DNA of 64,000 nt, from positions 20,088,001-20,152,000 of the forward strand of contig OX597816.1 in assembly GCA_951406725.2 (NCBI GenBank), read 5' to 3'. The notes beneath the pieces are model-generated. The model worked only from the letters and a program-made list of their open reading frames with translations. It had not been told where the DNA came from and did no database searches. Source of the DNA: Octopus vulgaris. Its lineage: Eukaryota. How positions within the stretch are numbered: the stretch's first letter is position 1; every line of letters begins with the position of its first letter. This document shows positions 1 to 11,562 of this stretch, in pieces. The position numbers and the translations under genes were made by a program.

Positions 1-660
1 TTCAGATACGAGGGTAACAAGTAAATCTTTTCTGTACTCACCACCTTGGCTGCTACATTCCTGGCTGCTTTTTCACTTTTAAATTGCACCGTTATGGTTC
101 CGTATTGTAATCCTTTTGTCATGTACACAATTTCCTCTCCTGTCTGCTTGAGAGCCTCTTCAATTGCTTCCATGTTAATTACTTCCATCTTTCTACCTCC
201 ATTCATAAATACTTTATATTTAATGGTTCTACGATGGAACCAGTCTCCGCGCCCTACTGGATTCAGCAGCTCGACTTCACCGTTCTCGTCCTCCTTCACA
301 AACTCCTGGAGGCCCGCCAACTTAGCCAGGTCTATCTCTCTTTCCGTTGACTTCTTCGTTACACCTGCGTAGGTGCCTTCCATCTTTTTCACCGCCAACT
401 CCTCCTCAGATGTCGATACTTCCGTCGAAATTTCAGAGTAATTTCTCCCTTCCATCTCCTCCGCTTGATGTAGGCGGCTCATAGTCGCCTCAGACCGAAA
501 AACGGCCTCCCGAACCGAAAAAGTGTAACGCGCAGAACCAGTGAGACGCGAAACCGCATCAACTATGTTCAAAATTTTACAACAACAACCATTCACTTTT
601 TGTTCTTTTTTACCGAATTTCACAGAGAGCAAAAAACACAACAATCCTGCTTACCGACTC
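1..660 (-). mobile_element. Copy 1 (5' part, runs off window) of tandem ORF1-only Tx1-like non-LTR element
   Basis: 1-560 is near-identical to 1684-2243 (period ~1683); ATG at 482 opens a frame that runs off the left edge. Confidence 0.8.
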
Positions 661-667
661 AAACTGA

Positions 668-2345
668 TTTCTTTATTACCCACTAGGGGCCAACATAGAG
701 GGGACGTTACAAGACATTGGGGACATGGAACATCACAATTACATATATATGAGCAAAATGGAATATGAAAATGATATATGAGAGTGATACCGACGGCCCC
801 ATCCGCCAGCATCACTTATCTGTCCTTCTTCACCCATTTCCAATTAGTATTCCTGTTTTCACTATCACAACATTCGTTTTTCTTTTAGCCCTCTCTATCC
901 ATTCATCTTTCATTTCCACTGACTTCCAACACACACCCTCTTCCTCAAACCTTGTCGCCAATATACCCGTATCATCACTATCCACAGCCGTGTAGCTCCA
1001 ATCTTCGTGTTCGTACCACTTGGTTAACACCAGTTTTTTAACCTCTTCCTGTTCTGTCATAATACAAACGTTCGGCCTGGGTTCGCTTTCAGTCTCTTTG
1101 TCTGTCTGTGTTAATTTTTTTTTGTTTTCTTGTTGGAGGGGAGCGGGTGGGTTCACTGTCTGCAGGGGAAGGATGGGATTCAGAGGGTGCGGGTGGTGTT
1201 GGGGCGGGGTTGGGGCTTCGCACATTTTTTTCTTTTTCTTTCTTTTTCTCTTTTTTCTGCCTTCTTCCCACTCTTGTTGCATCTCCTCTTCTTCTGTCGT
1301 TTCCTTCTCTGTTTGTTTCTGTTTATTTTCTTCCTCTCTTGAGGCTTCCTCAACGCTTTCCTTTTCTTTTTTCCTTTGGTGGGGGAGGGCAGTAGGCTCT
1401 TATGTGACCCCTCTGGCCACACTTGTAGCACCTGGGCGCCCTACCCTCCACCCACACTCTCATAATAATATTTCCAGTTTTTATGCTGTCCGTAATCCTC
1501 TCTATAACATCCGCCTCCGTTTGAATGTTCATAACTAGTGTGGCACCTCTCACGCCTTCATACTTCATAATGGCGTGGAGGATGTCCACTTTATCTTCAT
1601 TTCCTTTTATAACCGCAGCCGTTATTAATTCGCCCTCTAGGTGTGGAGGTATTCCCTCCACCCTAATTCTGGTTGTCCGCCTATTCAGATACGAGGGTAA
1701 CAAGTAAATCTTTTCTGTACTCACCACCTTGGCTGCTACATTCCTGGCTGCTTTTTCACTTTTAAATTGCACCGTTATCGTTCCGTATTGTAATCCTTTT
1801 GTCATGTACACAATTTCCTCTCCTGTCTGCTTGGAGAGCCTCTTCAATTGCTTCCATGTTAATTACTTCCATCTTTCTACCTCCATTCATAAATACTTTA
1901 TATTTAATGGTTCTACGATGGAACCAGTCTCCGCGCCCTACTGGATTCAGCAGCTCGACTTCACCGTTCTCGTCCTCCTTCACAAACTCCTGGAGGCCCG
2001 CCAACTTAGCCAGGTCTATCTCTCTTTCCGTTGACTTCTTCGTTACACCTGCGTAGGTGCCTTCCATCTTTTTCACCGCCAACTCCTCCTCAGATGTCGA
2101 TACTTCCGTCGAAATTTCAGAGTAATTTCTCCCTTCCATCTCCTCCGCTTGATGTAGGCGGCTCATAGTCGCCTCAGACCGAAAAACGGCCTCCCGAACC
2201 GAAAAAGTGTAACGCAGAACCAGTGAGACGCGAAACCGCATCAACGCCGTTCAGAATTTCCACAACAACAACAACGCTTTTTGTTCTTTTTTACCGAATT
2301 TCAGGAGCCGAAAAAAACACGACCTCTTTTCAAGTACATACTTAT
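668..2345 (-). mobile_element. Copy 2 (complete unit) of tandem ORF1-only Tx1-like element
   Basis: 5'UTR, gag-like ORF1, short 3'UTR ending in stem-loop + AATAAAGAAA; no ORF2 in the unit; neighbouring copies abut head-to-tail. Confidence 0.8.
830..2166 (-). pseudogene. Tx1/L1-type ORF1 nucleic-acid-binding protein (~445 aa; RRM-like region, CCHC zinc knuckle, Lys/Glu/Pro-rich linker), two frameshifts
   Basis: Track ORFs 1762-2244, 1350-1847 and 830-1282 join after removing 1 nt at ~1832 (TTGG vs TTG in copy 1) and 1 nt in the T-run ~1367-1372; CYKCGQRGHIRAYC (CX2CX4HX4C) at 1389-1430. The frameshifts may be sequencing errors. Confidence 0.75.
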
Positions 2346-2357
2346 ACATACCAATTG

Positions 2358-3250
2358 ATTCTTTATTACCCACAAGGGGCCAACGAAGAGGGGGACATTA
2401 CAAGACATGGGGACATGGAACATCACAATTACATATATATGAGCAAAATGGAATATGAAAATGATATATGAGAGTGATACCGACGGCCCCATCCGCCAGC
2501 ATCACTTATCTGTCCTTCTTCACCCATTTCCAATTAGTATTCCTGTTTTCCATTCTATCACAACATTCGTTTTTCTTTTAGCCCTCTCTATCCATTCATC
2601 TTTCATTTCCACTGACTTCCAACACACACCCTCTTCCTCTAACCTTGTCGCCAATATACCCGTATCATCACTATCCACAGCCGTGTAGCTCCAATCTTCG
2701 TGTTCGTACCACTTGGTTAACACCAGTTTTTTAACGTTTTGTATGTCTTTCCCATGTATAACACATAAAAAATGGGTCTTGGGACTTTCTTTGCTCTGTG
2801 TGTCTGTTTTTATTTTTCTTGTAGGCGGGGAGTGGGTGGAATCACTGTTTGCAGGGGNNNNNNNNNNNNNNNNNNNNNNNNNNNNNNNNNNNNNNNNNNN
2901 NNNNNNNNNNNNNNNNNNNNNNNNNNNNNNNNNNNNNNNNNNNNNNNNNNNNNNNNNCCATCTTTTTCACCGCCAACTCCTCCTCAGATGTCGATACTTC
3001 CGTCGAAATTTCAGAGTAAATTCTCCCTTCCATCTCCTCCGCTTGATGGAGGCGGCTCATAGTCGCCTCAGACCGAAAAACGGCCTCCCGAACCGAAAAA
3101 GTGTAACGCGCAGAACCAGTGAGACGCGAAACCGCATCAACGCCGTTCAGAATTTCCACAACAACAACAACACTTTTTGTTCTTTTTTTTTTTACCGAAT
3201 TTCAGAGAGCAAAAAACACAGAAAAAAACACGACCTTTTTTCTCTACATA
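2358..3250 (-). mobile_element. Copy 3 of tandem ORF1-only element, interrupted by assembly gap
   Basis: 2358-2735 matches 668-1041; 2958-3215 matches the 5' part of the unit; N-run in between. Confidence 0.75.
2858..2957. other. Assembly gap (100 N)
   Basis: Run of N; true array length unknown. Confidence 1.
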
Positions 3251-3569
3251 CTTTATAGACAATAGTCTTTTCTTTAATTTAATTTTTTATTATCCATCTG
3301 GACTATTCATTTCTGCACGCTAATTTTATTTTTAATTTATTCCCATTCATGTGAAACCACTTATTCAAGTTCAAATCATTGATGCAATGTTATACCAATT
3401 GCTATTTTTACTTTTGTTATGTTACGATTATATTATACTTTAGTTTGATTTTAATTATTACTTACTACATATAATTCAATTGTTATTATTATTTTTATTG
3501 TTAAAGTGAAAGTATCTGACATAAAATAGAGAAACGTTTTTGTTTCACTTTTAACACTTAATACTGAAA

Positions 3570-3905
3570 TAGTGGAGAAAATATGATATTGCTATGGGCT
3601 CGCTCTAGGCAAGAAGCTGAACATTTCTTTTCCCCATGAAACTACATGGACCCTAAGGAAGGCATGTGTAAAATTTGAATGGAATTGGTTGTGTAGTTCT
3701 CAAGTTTTAGAGAATCGTAGTGGAGATATTGTTGTGGGCTCGCCCTAGGCAAAATGGTAAAAAAAGGTTTTTGCTGATGACACTCCCGGGACCTTAAGTA
3801 AGGCATGTGTAAAATTTTAATGAAATTGGTTGTGTAGTTCCCAAGTTTTAGGGAAACAGACAGACAGACAGACACACATTCTCAGTTTTATATATATAAA
3901 GATTA
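3570..3905 (+). mobile_element. Non-autonomous Helitron/Helentron-type (DINE/HINE-like) element 3' part with internal duplication
   Basis: Two ~140-bp direct copies (…AAGGCATGTGTAAAATTT…AATTGGTTGTGTAGTT…), then (ACAG)n and TTTTATATATATAAAGAT end. Confidence 0.5.
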
Positions 3906-4662
3906 TTTTTTTATTCAATGCAAACGCCACCATATATAATTTTAGCTCATATGTTAATATTTTTTATCGTGATATCATAATATCTCCACCGCCAGGAATT
4001 AATGAAACAAATATTAACAATTCAAATAAAATATAAATTTAGTTAGATTCTGCAAAATAATATTAGAAATAATTTTCGCAGAGGGTACGGTTGTTTCTCT
4101 GTCATCAGCATCTATAGCAACTACAGCAAGGTATGTGAAAAAGAAAGATTTTTTTAACGTTGGAAGAAATGAGAACAGATGCGTTACAATCATCTAACTT
4201 CTATAATATTTTCTGAGAATCTTTAGTTATAAAGTGGAAAGTATGGTACATTGCAGTACATTACATGTAACTAACATCCTTGCTGTAAGAATGACACAGC
4301 GCCATAGTACTGAGGCACAAGTTCATACAACTAAATGCCATCTCGGTTTGAATTCTCGTTTTAAAAATTTTATCTTCTTTATTCACAGAAATACGAACAA
4401 TAGTTATTAATAACATGTACACCAAAGATTCTCATAAGTTTTGACATAGTAAAGAGAAGCAAAATCATTGTTAGTATAGCAAAAGAATCAAATAAACCAT
4501 ATGGGGTATTTACATCTCAGTCTATGGTCTGAGGCGGAAACGAAACTTCTGATGAAATATTTCTTAGGAATCTTACACACACCAACATGAGGCCTCTCTT
4601 GTCTATATGAATATGACACATTTGTAACAACAGTTGTTGTGCCCGTAATATGTTCACTTCTT

Positions 4663-5037
4663 CAAGGCAGTGAGGTAGCAGAAACGTTAGCATGCCAGGC
4701 GAAATGCTTAGCAGTTTTTCGTCTGTCGATACGTTCTGAGTTCAAATTCCGCCGAGGTCGACCTTGCCTTTCATTCATTCGGGATCGATTAAATAAATAC
4801 CAGTTACGTACTGGGGTCGATCTAATCGACTTAATCCATTTGTCTGTCCTTTTTTGTACTCTGTGTGTAGCTCCTTGTAAAGAAATAAGAAACATTAGCA
4901 GTTCAAATTCCGCCGACGTCGACTTTGCCTTTCATCCTTTCGTGGCCGATGAATTAAGTACCGGTTGCGTACTGGGCTTGCTAAAATCGACTGGCCCATC
5001 CCCCAAAATGTCGGGTCTTGTGCCTTGAGTAGGAAAG
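4663..5037 (+). mobile_element. SINE B dimer (full unit + partial unit with alternative tail)
   Basis: tRNA-like head (GAGTTCAAATTCC B box), central GCCTTTCATCCTTTCGGGGTCGAT motif; 16-bp TSD AATATGTTCACTTCTT at 4647-4662 and 5038-5053. Confidence 0.85.
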
Positions 5038-6851
5038 AATATGTTCACTTCTTTGTTTGAGTTTTGTATTAATATCTAACTGTGTATTACACAGTGTAAA
5101 AATATATTTACTTTTTTGTGTTTCCTTTATAGTAAAAGAGGTGTCCATATTCTTCAACTGTGACAGAGCTGTAATACATAACCTTTCGAAGTATATTCTA
5201 CAGTCGTAAGTAGATGAAGTTGTCGTGGACATTTCTGAAATTTTAACCGAAGTGGTCTTACATGACTATTTTATCACGGGTACGTTTGATATACACAGTC
5301 ATGAGATCTTTTTTTGTTGGAAAACAACAGACATTATATATTTGTGTAAAGCATCAGCGAATGTTGATTTGGAGCCACTCAATGCACTTGAAATTATCCC
5401 CAGAGAAAATGTTTGCTCCTGCAAAAGAAATTACGTTATAGTCATTAGAGCAGAGTTCACAAGTTGCGCGTGAAAATATACGAATATATAGACGACGGAG
5501 CTTTGGTTGTCTTGGCAATGAACAGTCAAACGTCAGTACTCTATAAAGAATTACTTACACATTTGGAGATATTCTTACAATTCACTGACTGTCTCTACTA
5601 TACTAGATTAGATTTTATCTAACTGTATTTGATCATTTTATTAACTTTTATTAGTTTGTTCTTTCGAAATTTTACTGAATTCATCCAATATATTCGTTAA
5701 ACTGATAATACTCAAAACTAAAATAGTAACTTAGTATTTTATTTTACGTTTACATTTCTTAATTCTTTAACATTTTAGTTCTGCTTATCTTGATTTATTA
5801 TCATTTTATTTAGCTTAACCAATTAAAATGTCAGTTGTGCTAAAATAATAGTTAGATTTTATGGGTTTTATGCAGGAATTATACGAAATAATTGTCGAAT
5901 ACTAAATGCTAAATATGCTTTTATATGGTTTCAGTAAAAACAGACAAGAGGAAATTAAAAGAGAATGAAATAAAAATATAAAAATATTGAATGATGAAAT
6001 TAGTTCTAGACAGATGTGTTGATAAAAGTTATAACAATGTTTGGCAACGTTTCATGATATCATAAAAACATTAAAAATGGCAACTTTCTGGTAGTTTAAT
6101 AAGACATGCGGTTCCGTTTTCATAGGTGAGCCAGCTGTGTCAATCTCCTCCCTTAACTGTGTCACCTTATTCAAGTAACAAGGACTTAAATTTATACGGT
6201 ATATCTTGCAGGATGTTTACTTTTTTCATACTTCAAGTGATAAAATATTTTGTTAAATAAATTTCGTAGGAGGTGAGCAGGAGAATAAAGAAATTATTTG
6301 CAGACTATTATAGACTCTGATTTGGAGGACAAGTATGCTTAATCTTGGAATCTGCTGTCAATAAGTTTAACAAATCGTGAGTGAAAAGTAATCTGCTTTT
6401 GATCCGGATAACTGCAATAGAATCAACGCATTTAAAAGCACATAATGTATATATGACATCATTAATCATTTAGACACGCTAGCTTCTCCGCGAAAATATA
6501 TACTCCAAGCCAAAGTATGTATAAATTGAGATTCAGTGTACAATTTTGAATATCAGTAAAACTAGGTACCAGTTAAACTCTTCTACCATTTCAAGCCTAT
6601 TTTGAAGAATTTACGAGCTAAATATACGTTCTATTTCTATCATTGTGTTTCCATATTATATTTTAAGTATTACACGTGCAGAGCAACGGCAAATGGCAAA
6701 TTATTTATATGTTCTCAAAACCGTGTGGAGTTCTTGATATAATTAACACAGCTAACTTCTTGCTGAGTTGGCGGTCCACTTACTATTTCACAAAAAACAA
6801 CTTCCTAGTACGAATGTAAGCTGTAATCAAAGATTCATCGTAAGCAATATA

Positions 6852-7260
6852 CTCTCTTTACTCTCTTTTACTTGTTTAAGTCACTTGACTGCGGCCATGC
6901 TGGAGCACCGCCTTTAATCGAGCAACTCGACCCCGGGACTTATTCTTTTGTAAGTACAGTACTTATTCTATCGGTCTCTTTTGCCGAACCGCTAGGTAAC
7001 GGGGAAGCAAACACACCAGCATCGGTTGTCAAGCAATGCTAGGGGGACAAACACACTCACAAAAACACATACACGCATATACATATACATATATGCGACG
7101 GGCTTCTTTCAGTTTCCGTCTACCAAATCCACTCACAAGGCTTTGGTCGGCCCGAGGCTATAGTAGAAGGCACTTTCCTAAGGTGCCACGCAGTAGGACT
7201 GAACCCGGAACCATGTGGCTGGTAAACAAGCTACTTACCACACAGCGACTCCTGCGCCTA
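6852..7260 (-). mobile_element. SINE A (tRNA head, CORE-like box, internal TA/CA microsatellite, LINE-derived tail)
   Basis: Matches >12 other copies in the window; ends in (AAAAGAGT)n. Confidence 0.9.
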
Positions 7261-7662
7261 TAATATAGGCATGATAACAAAAATTATAAATTATAATTTG
7301 GGCTTCTGTTTTCAGTGATGTATGAAGATTAAAGAATAAAATAAGACGGTAGTTGAGACATTAAAACGTTGGTTAATTCATATCATATGTCATGTGCTTT
7401 CTATGATAGTGGGAACAGCATCAGAAATAAGTTTTCACTTTCAGCATTTTCTTCAATTCTGACTTTCTAGAACACAGGATAAGTTAAACAAGCACAATTA
7501 ATTGTGCTCTTATACATGCAATTCTTGAAATACAATGATTATACTAAATCATAGAATATGATATCAAACAGAAGCGCAATCCAACTGTAAGTGACAACAA
7601 TATATTATAACGAATATCGCCGATATTTGAACATTAAACGTCCAAATTTCTATTGAACATTA

Positions 7663-7664
<2 letters not shown>

Positions 7665-7741
<77 letters not shown>

Positions 7742-7810
7742 TATAGATAGATAGACAAACAGATAGATAGACAGACAGACAGACAAATAGATAGATATGA
7801 TATACAGATA
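7665..7810. repeat. (TA)n/(TAGA)n microsatellite
   Basis: Direct inspection. Confidence 0.95.
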
Positions 7811-7814
7811 TATG

Positions 7815-7982
7815 CACCGGAGTGGCTGTGTGGTAAGTAGTTTGCTTAGCAATCAAATGGTTCCGGGTTCAGTCCCACTGTGTGGCACCTTGGGCAAGTG
7901 TCTTTCACTATAGTCTCGGGCCGACCAAAACCTTGTGAGCGGATTTGGTAGTCGGTAACTGAAAGAAGCCTGTCATGTATAT

Positions 7983-8026
<44 letters not shown>

Positions 8027-8260
8027 CCGTGTGTGTGTGTGTTTTTGTGTCTGTGTTTGTCCCCATAACATCGCTTGACAACCGATACTGGTGCGTTTAC
8101 GTCCCCGTAGCTTAGCGGTTCGGCGAAAGAGAACGATAGAATAAGTACTAGGCTTACAAAGAATAATTCTTGGATTCAATTTGCTCGACCTAATGCGGTG
8201 CTCCTGCATGGCCGCAGTCAAATGACTGAAACAAGTAAAAGAGTAAAAGAGTAAAGAGTA
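7815..8260 (+). mobile_element. SINE A
   Basis: GGAGTGGCTGTGTGGTAAG head, CCTTGGGCAAGTG CORE-like box, CATGGCCGCAGTCAAATGACTGAAAC tail. Confidence 0.9.
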
Positions 8261-9112
8261 AAGATTGTTTACACATATACATCTATATATACATAGACAT
8301 ATATACATGTACACACATACGTATATATATATATATATATACACGCGGACGCGTACACACACACGCTCACACACACTTGTATACATACATACAGCAATGT
8401 AGGCTGAATTGCTTATAATTATATGCTTTCGTTACGAATCCATTCCACCTCAAAAGTGCAACTTAAGACAAAGATAAATTTTTCCGTCAGACTGCCATCT
8501 TCAATCTCATAACATGATATTCGCTTTTACATTAAGAACGATGAAAAGCCCTTTCAAATTACAAAAGACACGTATTCGTATTGATAACAAATCTTTAATT
8601 AGGAAATTTACGACCGCTCCAATGGACATTTCATCCATTTGTAAAGAACGCTTATTAAACCTTTCATGATTTCACTATCATCCAGCTTACATGACTGAAC
8701 CTTTGGACAAAATAAAAATATAAAAAGATAATTGAAAGTGTGAGTTCTTATCAAGATATTTAATCACTATTTCAAATTTCGTATATGACAGTCTGATCCT
8801 TAGATTTAACTCATTCAGAAAAATGACTGATTAGTGTTCGTACAGATAAAAGATTGACAACCAATCATATATCATCTTCAACATTTATTATTAGTACTAA
8901 GTTGGCAAGAGTAATTTAGTTTTGTCAATCATTATCCTCATACATTTGAAGTTCAAAGTGAACGGGGACAATTACATATATTTCCAGTCCAACATTTGAA
9001 AATGAGTCATTTATTGTTATTCCTGCGCTGAACAAATTAGTTTTCTTTTGATTATGAATCTCATTAAACTCTTAGCTATTCAACCGTTAGTAAATCTCCT
9101 TAATGTTCCATA

Positions 9113-9152
<40 letters not shown>

Positions 9153-9556
9153 GAACATCTGTACGAAGTGAGGATCCCTTGTGTGCTGAATGAGATCTTC
9201 CATTTATAAATTCAGATATAAGTACATTTGTGTAGAACCTCAAATGAATATGCTAAAAATTAACTAACAGAACTAGCAGCAACATGTTAGCAATAAAGTA
9301 GTAATTAAGATGAATATTAAACAATATAATACTTCTACAGTTAATGAAGTATAAAGAAGACTGCAATATTTATATTTATTAACAGGTTTAAGTTAATACA
9401 TTTTTACCAATATCTTATTTGATTTTATTATGTTAATCGTCAGATTCACCGTTAAATGTATATTGCGTCCATCTTACGTGTACGCCCATGCTGGAATTTC
9501 GAGTTGAAGGGGTTTTCTCAATAAAATGGGAAACGGTCCTCATTTTTTAAACGCTG

Positions 9557-9974
9557 ATCTCTTTCTCTTTCTCTCTTTTACTTGTTTCAGTCATTTGACT
9601 GCGGCCATGCTGGAGCACCGCCTTTAGTCGAGCAAATCGACCCCAGGACTTATTCTTTGTAAGCCCAGTACTTATTCTATCGGTCTCTTTTGCCGAGCCG
9701 CTAAGTGACGGGGACGTAAACACACCAGCATCGGTTGTCAAGCAATGCTAGGGGAACAAAACACAGACACACAAACACACATACACACACATATATATAT
9801 ACATATATACGACAGGCTTCTTTCAGTTTCCGTCTACCAAATCCACTCACAAGGCATTTGTCGGCCCGGGGCTATAGCAGAAGACACTTGCCCAAGATGC
9901 CACGCAGTGGGACTGAACCTGGAATCATGTGGTTGGTTAGCAAGCTACTTACCACACAGCCACTCCTGCGCCTA
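9557..9974 (-). mobile_element. SINE A
   Basis: Full-length copy, very similar to 44303-44719. Confidence 0.9.
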
Positions 9975-10124
9975 TGATATTTATTTCCTCGGTTTCCTTT
10001 GCAGAATGACTTTACTACGGTGGTTTTGGCAAACTAAAACTTGTTATTGAACAGTGTCTGGTAGAATCGAAAAAAAAAAGCAGAAACTGAAGAACACACG
10101 CGCATATACACAAAAAAATACATA

Positions 10125-10520
10125 TAGGTGTAGGAGTGGCTGTGTGGTAAGTAGCTTGCTTACCATCCACATGGTTCCGGGTTCAGTCCCACAGCGTGAC
10201 ACCTTGGGCAAGTGTCTTCGACTATAGCGTCGGGCCGACCAAACCTTTTGAATGGATTTGGTACAGGGAAACTGAAAGAGACCCGTCGTATATACATGTA
10301 TATATATATATGTATGTGTGTATATATGTTTGTGTGTCTGTGTTTGTCCCCCACCACCAACATCACTTGACAACCGATGCTGGTGTGTTTGTGTCCCCGT
10401 AACTAAGTGGTTCGGCAAAGGAGACCGATATGGGTCATGGGCTCGATTTCTCGACTAAGGGTGGTGCTCCAGCATGGCCACTGTCACATGACTGAAACAA
10501 AATAGTAAAAGCGTAAAGAG
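10125..10520 (+). mobile_element. SINE A
   Basis: Diverged copy with internal deletion. Confidence 0.85.
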
Positions 10521-10807
10521 AGTATATGCAATGTGTGTGTGTGTATGTGTACGTCCGTGTGTGCGTGTGTACAGAGGTATGTGTGTAGGAACACGTATAC
10601 ATTTACAACGATCCCACACACATTTTCCCTCAGCCAAATATATTCGTAAGGAATTGATGCTCCTAGAGCTATAATATAGTTCGCTTCCCATTGGTGCGGT
10701 GCGAAGGACTGAAACCAAGAGACATACCAAAGAAACGCATTTATTAATCACTGGGCCGCGAAAGAAGGAAACTGAGAGTTTTCAGTAAAGACCAATAACT
10801 GATCCTT

Positions 10808-10975
10808 TCCTTCCTTTCATCCGTTCAGCCGAAGTCGACTCTCGGTTACTCGATGGACCAGTGTTCTCTAGCCAGTTCTATCCTGGGTCGCTTCTTTCAG
10901 ATCGGCTATGGCCATTCCCTTCTCACTCTTGATGGTGTCAAGCCAGCGGGTTCTTGGTCGGCCTCTTCCTCTCTG
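10808..10975 (-). mobile_element. RTE (BovB-like) LINE 3' fragment
   Basis: Minus strand reads RGRGRPRTRWLDTIKSEKGMAIADLKEATQDRTG*RTLVHRVTESRLRLNG*, the typical BovB/RTE C-terminus, followed by a (GAAG)n-like tail. Confidence 0.8.
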
Positions 10976-11090
10976 ATTAATTAATTGTTCCTGTTAATTA
11001 ATAATTGCCTGTGTTATAAAAATGTTCAAAATAATATAAGATAGTGGATTATAATGAAAATATAAATTCACATTGCCATTGACTGTTAAT

Positions 11091-11562
11091 TTCCCTCAAA
11101 ATCAGTTCTGATACTCTTATCAAACAGTTCTACCCGCAAAGGCATCCCAGCACGATGCATCGATTTTCTGTATATCAAATGCATATTATAATCATCGTGA
11201 CTATATTATCTAATCCGCCATCCCTCATTAAATAAGGTTCACAGAGTTTACTTTGAGAAGGCTTTGCTGATCTTACTAGCAAATTTGGCGGGGACACAAA
11301 GGTTTTATGACTTATTCCATCAATTGCCTTTTAGGAGACAACGATATTACAGGTATTTAATTGTGGTTTTTATGGTTATTTCAGCTATCTAACTCTTAGG
11401 AAATTTCAAATCGGTTTTCCTTTATACTTTTCAATGAGTTTCTCATGTACAGTCTAAAAATCATCTGTAATACACACTTTTGTGCCGTTAAATTTTCGGG
11501 CATATATTTCTACGTATAAACTATATGGAATGGTTATACTTTCTTATTTATTTATTGCCCAC
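11091..11562. repeat. Dispersed duplicate of 30965-31414
   Basis: ~460 bp alignable by eye, starting TTCCCTCAAAATCAGTTCTGATACTC. Confidence 0.9.

Noticed and set aside
1020-1538. 172-aa plus-strand ORF
   Set aside because: Antisense shadow of the ORF1 low-complexity linker
5225-5473. 82-aa ORF as possible exon
   Set aside because: No recognisable domain, no ATG start and no convincing splice boundaries
9735-9977. Recurrent ORF 'RQASFSFRLPNPLTR…' suggesting a gene family
   Set aside because: Antisense translation of SINE A copies
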